A stretch of DNA of 64,000 bases from Candidatus Aldehydirespirator sp. (GTDB lineage: Bacteria; Actinomycetota; Acidimicrobiia; Acidimicrobiales; Aldehydirespiratoraceae): assembly GCA_965261105.1 (NCBI GenBank), contig CBDHCM010000006.1, forward strand, positions 1,970,091-2,034,090, written 5' to 3'. Below are positions 62,050 through 64,000 of the stretch, piece after piece. The position numbers and the translations under genes were made by a program. Position 1 is the stretch's first letter. Each line of letters starts with the position of its first letter. A model generated the notes under the pieces. The model saw only the letters and a list, made by a program, of their open reading frames with translations, made no database searches and was not told where the DNA came from.

Positions 62050-62489
62050 CCTATGACTTCGGACAAACGATGACCAGGATCTACGACTTGACCCTGCTGT
62101 CGCGCTCCAACGTCGGCTCAACCTTCTACGTCGATCTGGCCGACTGCCTCTCGGCCCTGGTGGACGAAGCCAGGATGCAGCGCGACTACCAGCCAGAGGT
62201 GTCCAACGCGGATGCGTACCCGGTGGACTACCGGATCGAGGGAAAAAGCGGCATCCCGCTATTCCTCTACGGTGTGCCCAACCGCGACAAGGCGCGGTCG
62301 ACGACGATCATGCTCGGCTACTTCCACCGGCATGATCTCGCGTTCGAGTCGATCATCGTCTTCGAGGACCAGGCCGAGATCCCGAGAGTCGATCTTGCGG
62401 GACTCTCCGATGTGGGCGGGGACATGATCTCGTCGCTGGAGTCGACCGAGGATCTCAACCGGAAGCTCTTGATGCGTGTCGCCGCATGA
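62050..62489 (+). pseudogene. C-terminal fragment of a DUF1828-associated-type hypothetical protein
   Basis: YPVDYRIEG...LFLYGVPNRDKAR...FEDQAEIPR; no credible start. Confidence 0.45.
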
Positions 62490-62643
62490 TCGCCGGCAAC
62501 GCGACCGCCCGTCGCTTGATATAGCAGTGTCAAGGGCCAGTGGGATCTGCCCAGTGGCCCTTGACCGGTGACCCGAGCAAGTGCCGCCCAATCGGCTGTT
62601 TCGTCGCCTCGGCGCACCTGGCCGCCCGCTACCGGGAGGACCG

Positions 62644-62880
62644 ATGAACGTCGGAGACATGACCCCCGAAGAGGAGTACGACTTCTACGGCAAGCCCGAG
62701 AATCAGGTGCCCCAGGGACCGGCGCGGCGCCGGAAGCAGCGCATGACCGATCCCGTGCCCGTGCGTTTCCCACCCGAGATGCTCGAACGGGTCAAAGCGG
62801 CCGCTGCCGCCGACGACCGCTCCGTTTCGTCCTGGATTCGCCGAGCCGTCGACCGCACTCTCCAGGCCGAGCAGTCCTGA
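62644..62880 (+). CDS. RHH/CopG-like antitoxin (orphan)
   Basis: PVPVRFPPEML...DRSVSSWIRRAV; GGGAGG RBS. Confidence 0.8.
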   Translation: MNVGDMTPEEEYDFYGKPENQVPQGPARRRKQRMTDPVPVRFPPEMLERVKAAAAADDRSVSSWIRRAVDRTLQAEQS

Positions 62881-63041
62881 ACCACGTCACGCACGACCTG
62901 TAGCCGCCGGCTCTGCTAGTACCATGCGTCGGCTATTTCGTTGACAGCTGAAACAGTCAGCATCACTCCTGCTTCGGATCAGTGGGAGGCCGTTAGCATC
63001 CCGCCCGCAACGTTGGTCGATGGTTGAGGAGAGCAGCAGAC

Positions 63042-63494
63042 ATGGAACAGCCGGATCACGACATCGAGTCCCCGGTGGCCAACACCGACCTGGGTGAGGG
63101 CGGACACGACGGCGTACCGCCCGATTCCGACGGGGGCGCGCCTGGTCGCGGCTCTCTGGTCACCGAGGCGGCTGCGGGAACCGTGGGCGGCGTGGTTGCG
63201 GGCTCGCTCCTGGGCTGGGGTAGCGCAGGCATTGCAGCTGCCGGTGCAGCGGTCGCCCTGCCCCTCGCTGGAGCTGTGGCGGCTGGCGGTCTCATCGCCG
63301 TGGGTGGGGTCACTGTGGCCCGTCGTCTTGGAGTTCCCGTCGACCAGGCCGCGCACGGAGCCGGCCGCGCTGCCGCTACCGCGGCACGGGCGGTGGGCCC
63401 GGCCGCTACGACAGCAGCCAAGGTCTCCAAGTCCGCGGCCACCGGCGCGGCACGGCGCCTGAAGTCGCTTGTGGACAAGTTCGAGTCGCCCTGA
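63042..63494 (+). CDS. Gly/Ala-rich hypothetical membrane protein
   Basis: GAGGAG RBS; glycine-zipper-like hydrophobic stretch. Confidence 0.6.
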   Translation: MEQPDHDIESPVANTDLGEGGHDGVPPDSDGGAPGRGSLVTEAAAGTVGGVVAGSLLGWGSAGIAAAGAAVALPLAGAVAAGGLIAVGGVTVARRLGVPVDQAAHGAGRAAATAARAVGPAATTAAKVSKSAATGAARRLKSLVDKFESP

Positions 63495-63531
63495 CTCGAG
63501 TTCGCAGCGACCATTCCGAGGTCAGGTCACC

Positions 63532-63638
63532 GATCAGGGTCGTACTTCGGTGAATCCCGCCGCGCTGAAGTCGCCGTCGGACGCGAGGGTCTCGGTGATG
63601 CGTTCACGGCGCATGATCTCGAAGCTGGTGGCGTCCAC
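63532..63638 (-). pseudogene. 3' remnant of vapC
   Basis: Matches 23414-23520 (VDATSFEIMRRERITE...). Confidence 0.85.
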
Positions 63639-63642
63639 GCGG

Positions 63643-64000
63643 TCACCGTTCAGCTGCTGTGGTTCGTGCGAGGAAGCGTTCGAGGTGGCCGACGAGAGTT
63701 TCGGGCTGGTCGATCGGGATGAGCGTGCGGCTGTCGTCGATCCAGATGAGCTCGGCATTCTCGAAGTGCGCGGCTAGACGTTCAGCGTGCTCGGGTGGCA
63801 TCAGCCTGTCCTTGCGGGCCCACACCACCAGGACGGATCCCGTGAAGGCGCGCTGCTGCTCGGCCCATTCGAGCAACTGTGTCTTCTTGGGCACGTTGCG
63901 GAGGTACTTGTCGAGATCCCGGCGTGCCCTCGGATCGTGGCGCAGCGGCTCGATCCAGCTCATGAACTGTTCGTTCGGCACCCGCTTCTTCGACAGGCCG
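63643..64000 (-). CDS. Alpha/beta hydrolase, 3' part (cut by window edge)
   Basis: VLVVWARKDRLMP...IDDSRTLIPIDQPE. Confidence 0.75.
   Translation of the reverse strand, partial: GLSKKRVPNEQFMSWIEPLRHDPRARRDLDKYLRNVPKKTQLLEWAEQQRAFTGSVLVVWARKDRLMPPEHAERLAAHFENAELIWIDDSRTLIPIDQPETLVGHLERFLARTTAAER

Noticed and set aside
23416-64000. Prophage, ICE or integron as carrier of the island
   Set aside because: No integrase, tRNA att site, phage structural or conjugation genes seen; hairpins A and B lack attC GTTRRRY/RYYYAAC ends

Overview
High-GC actinobacterial window; the gene content resembles Acidimicrobiia (inference). It has two halves. About 1-30 kb is metabolic: an NMT1/THI5-type ABC importer with adenosine deaminase and a TauD dioxygenase, furA-katG, two near-identical esterases flanking an amidohydrolase/LLM/deaminase block, two Rieske oxygenases, a sugar ABC importer and a MOSC protein. 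About 23-64 kb is a defence and toxin-antitoxin island: VapBC, RloA/RloB-like pair, DUF433/DUF5615, type I R-M, GmrSD, a sacsin-like ATPase/SF2 helicase split by IS1380, NYN, orphan DndB, zf-HNH, Abi-family HEPN and HigBA, with IS1380 x2, IS630 and IS110. Best candidates for undescribed biology: (1) two families of unannotated, promoter-bearing ~60-70 nt hairpin RNAs next to the NYN and Abi/HEPN RNase genes, which recur as a convergent orphan pair at 61.7-61.9 kb (possible RNA antitoxins); (2) an HsdR fused to a C-terminal Schlafen/AlbA_2 domain; (3) helically phased TACGTC repeats upstream of orphan dndB; (4) cargo blocks bracketed by direct repeats made of gene fragments. All family calls come from motif recognition by eye; no database searches were run.
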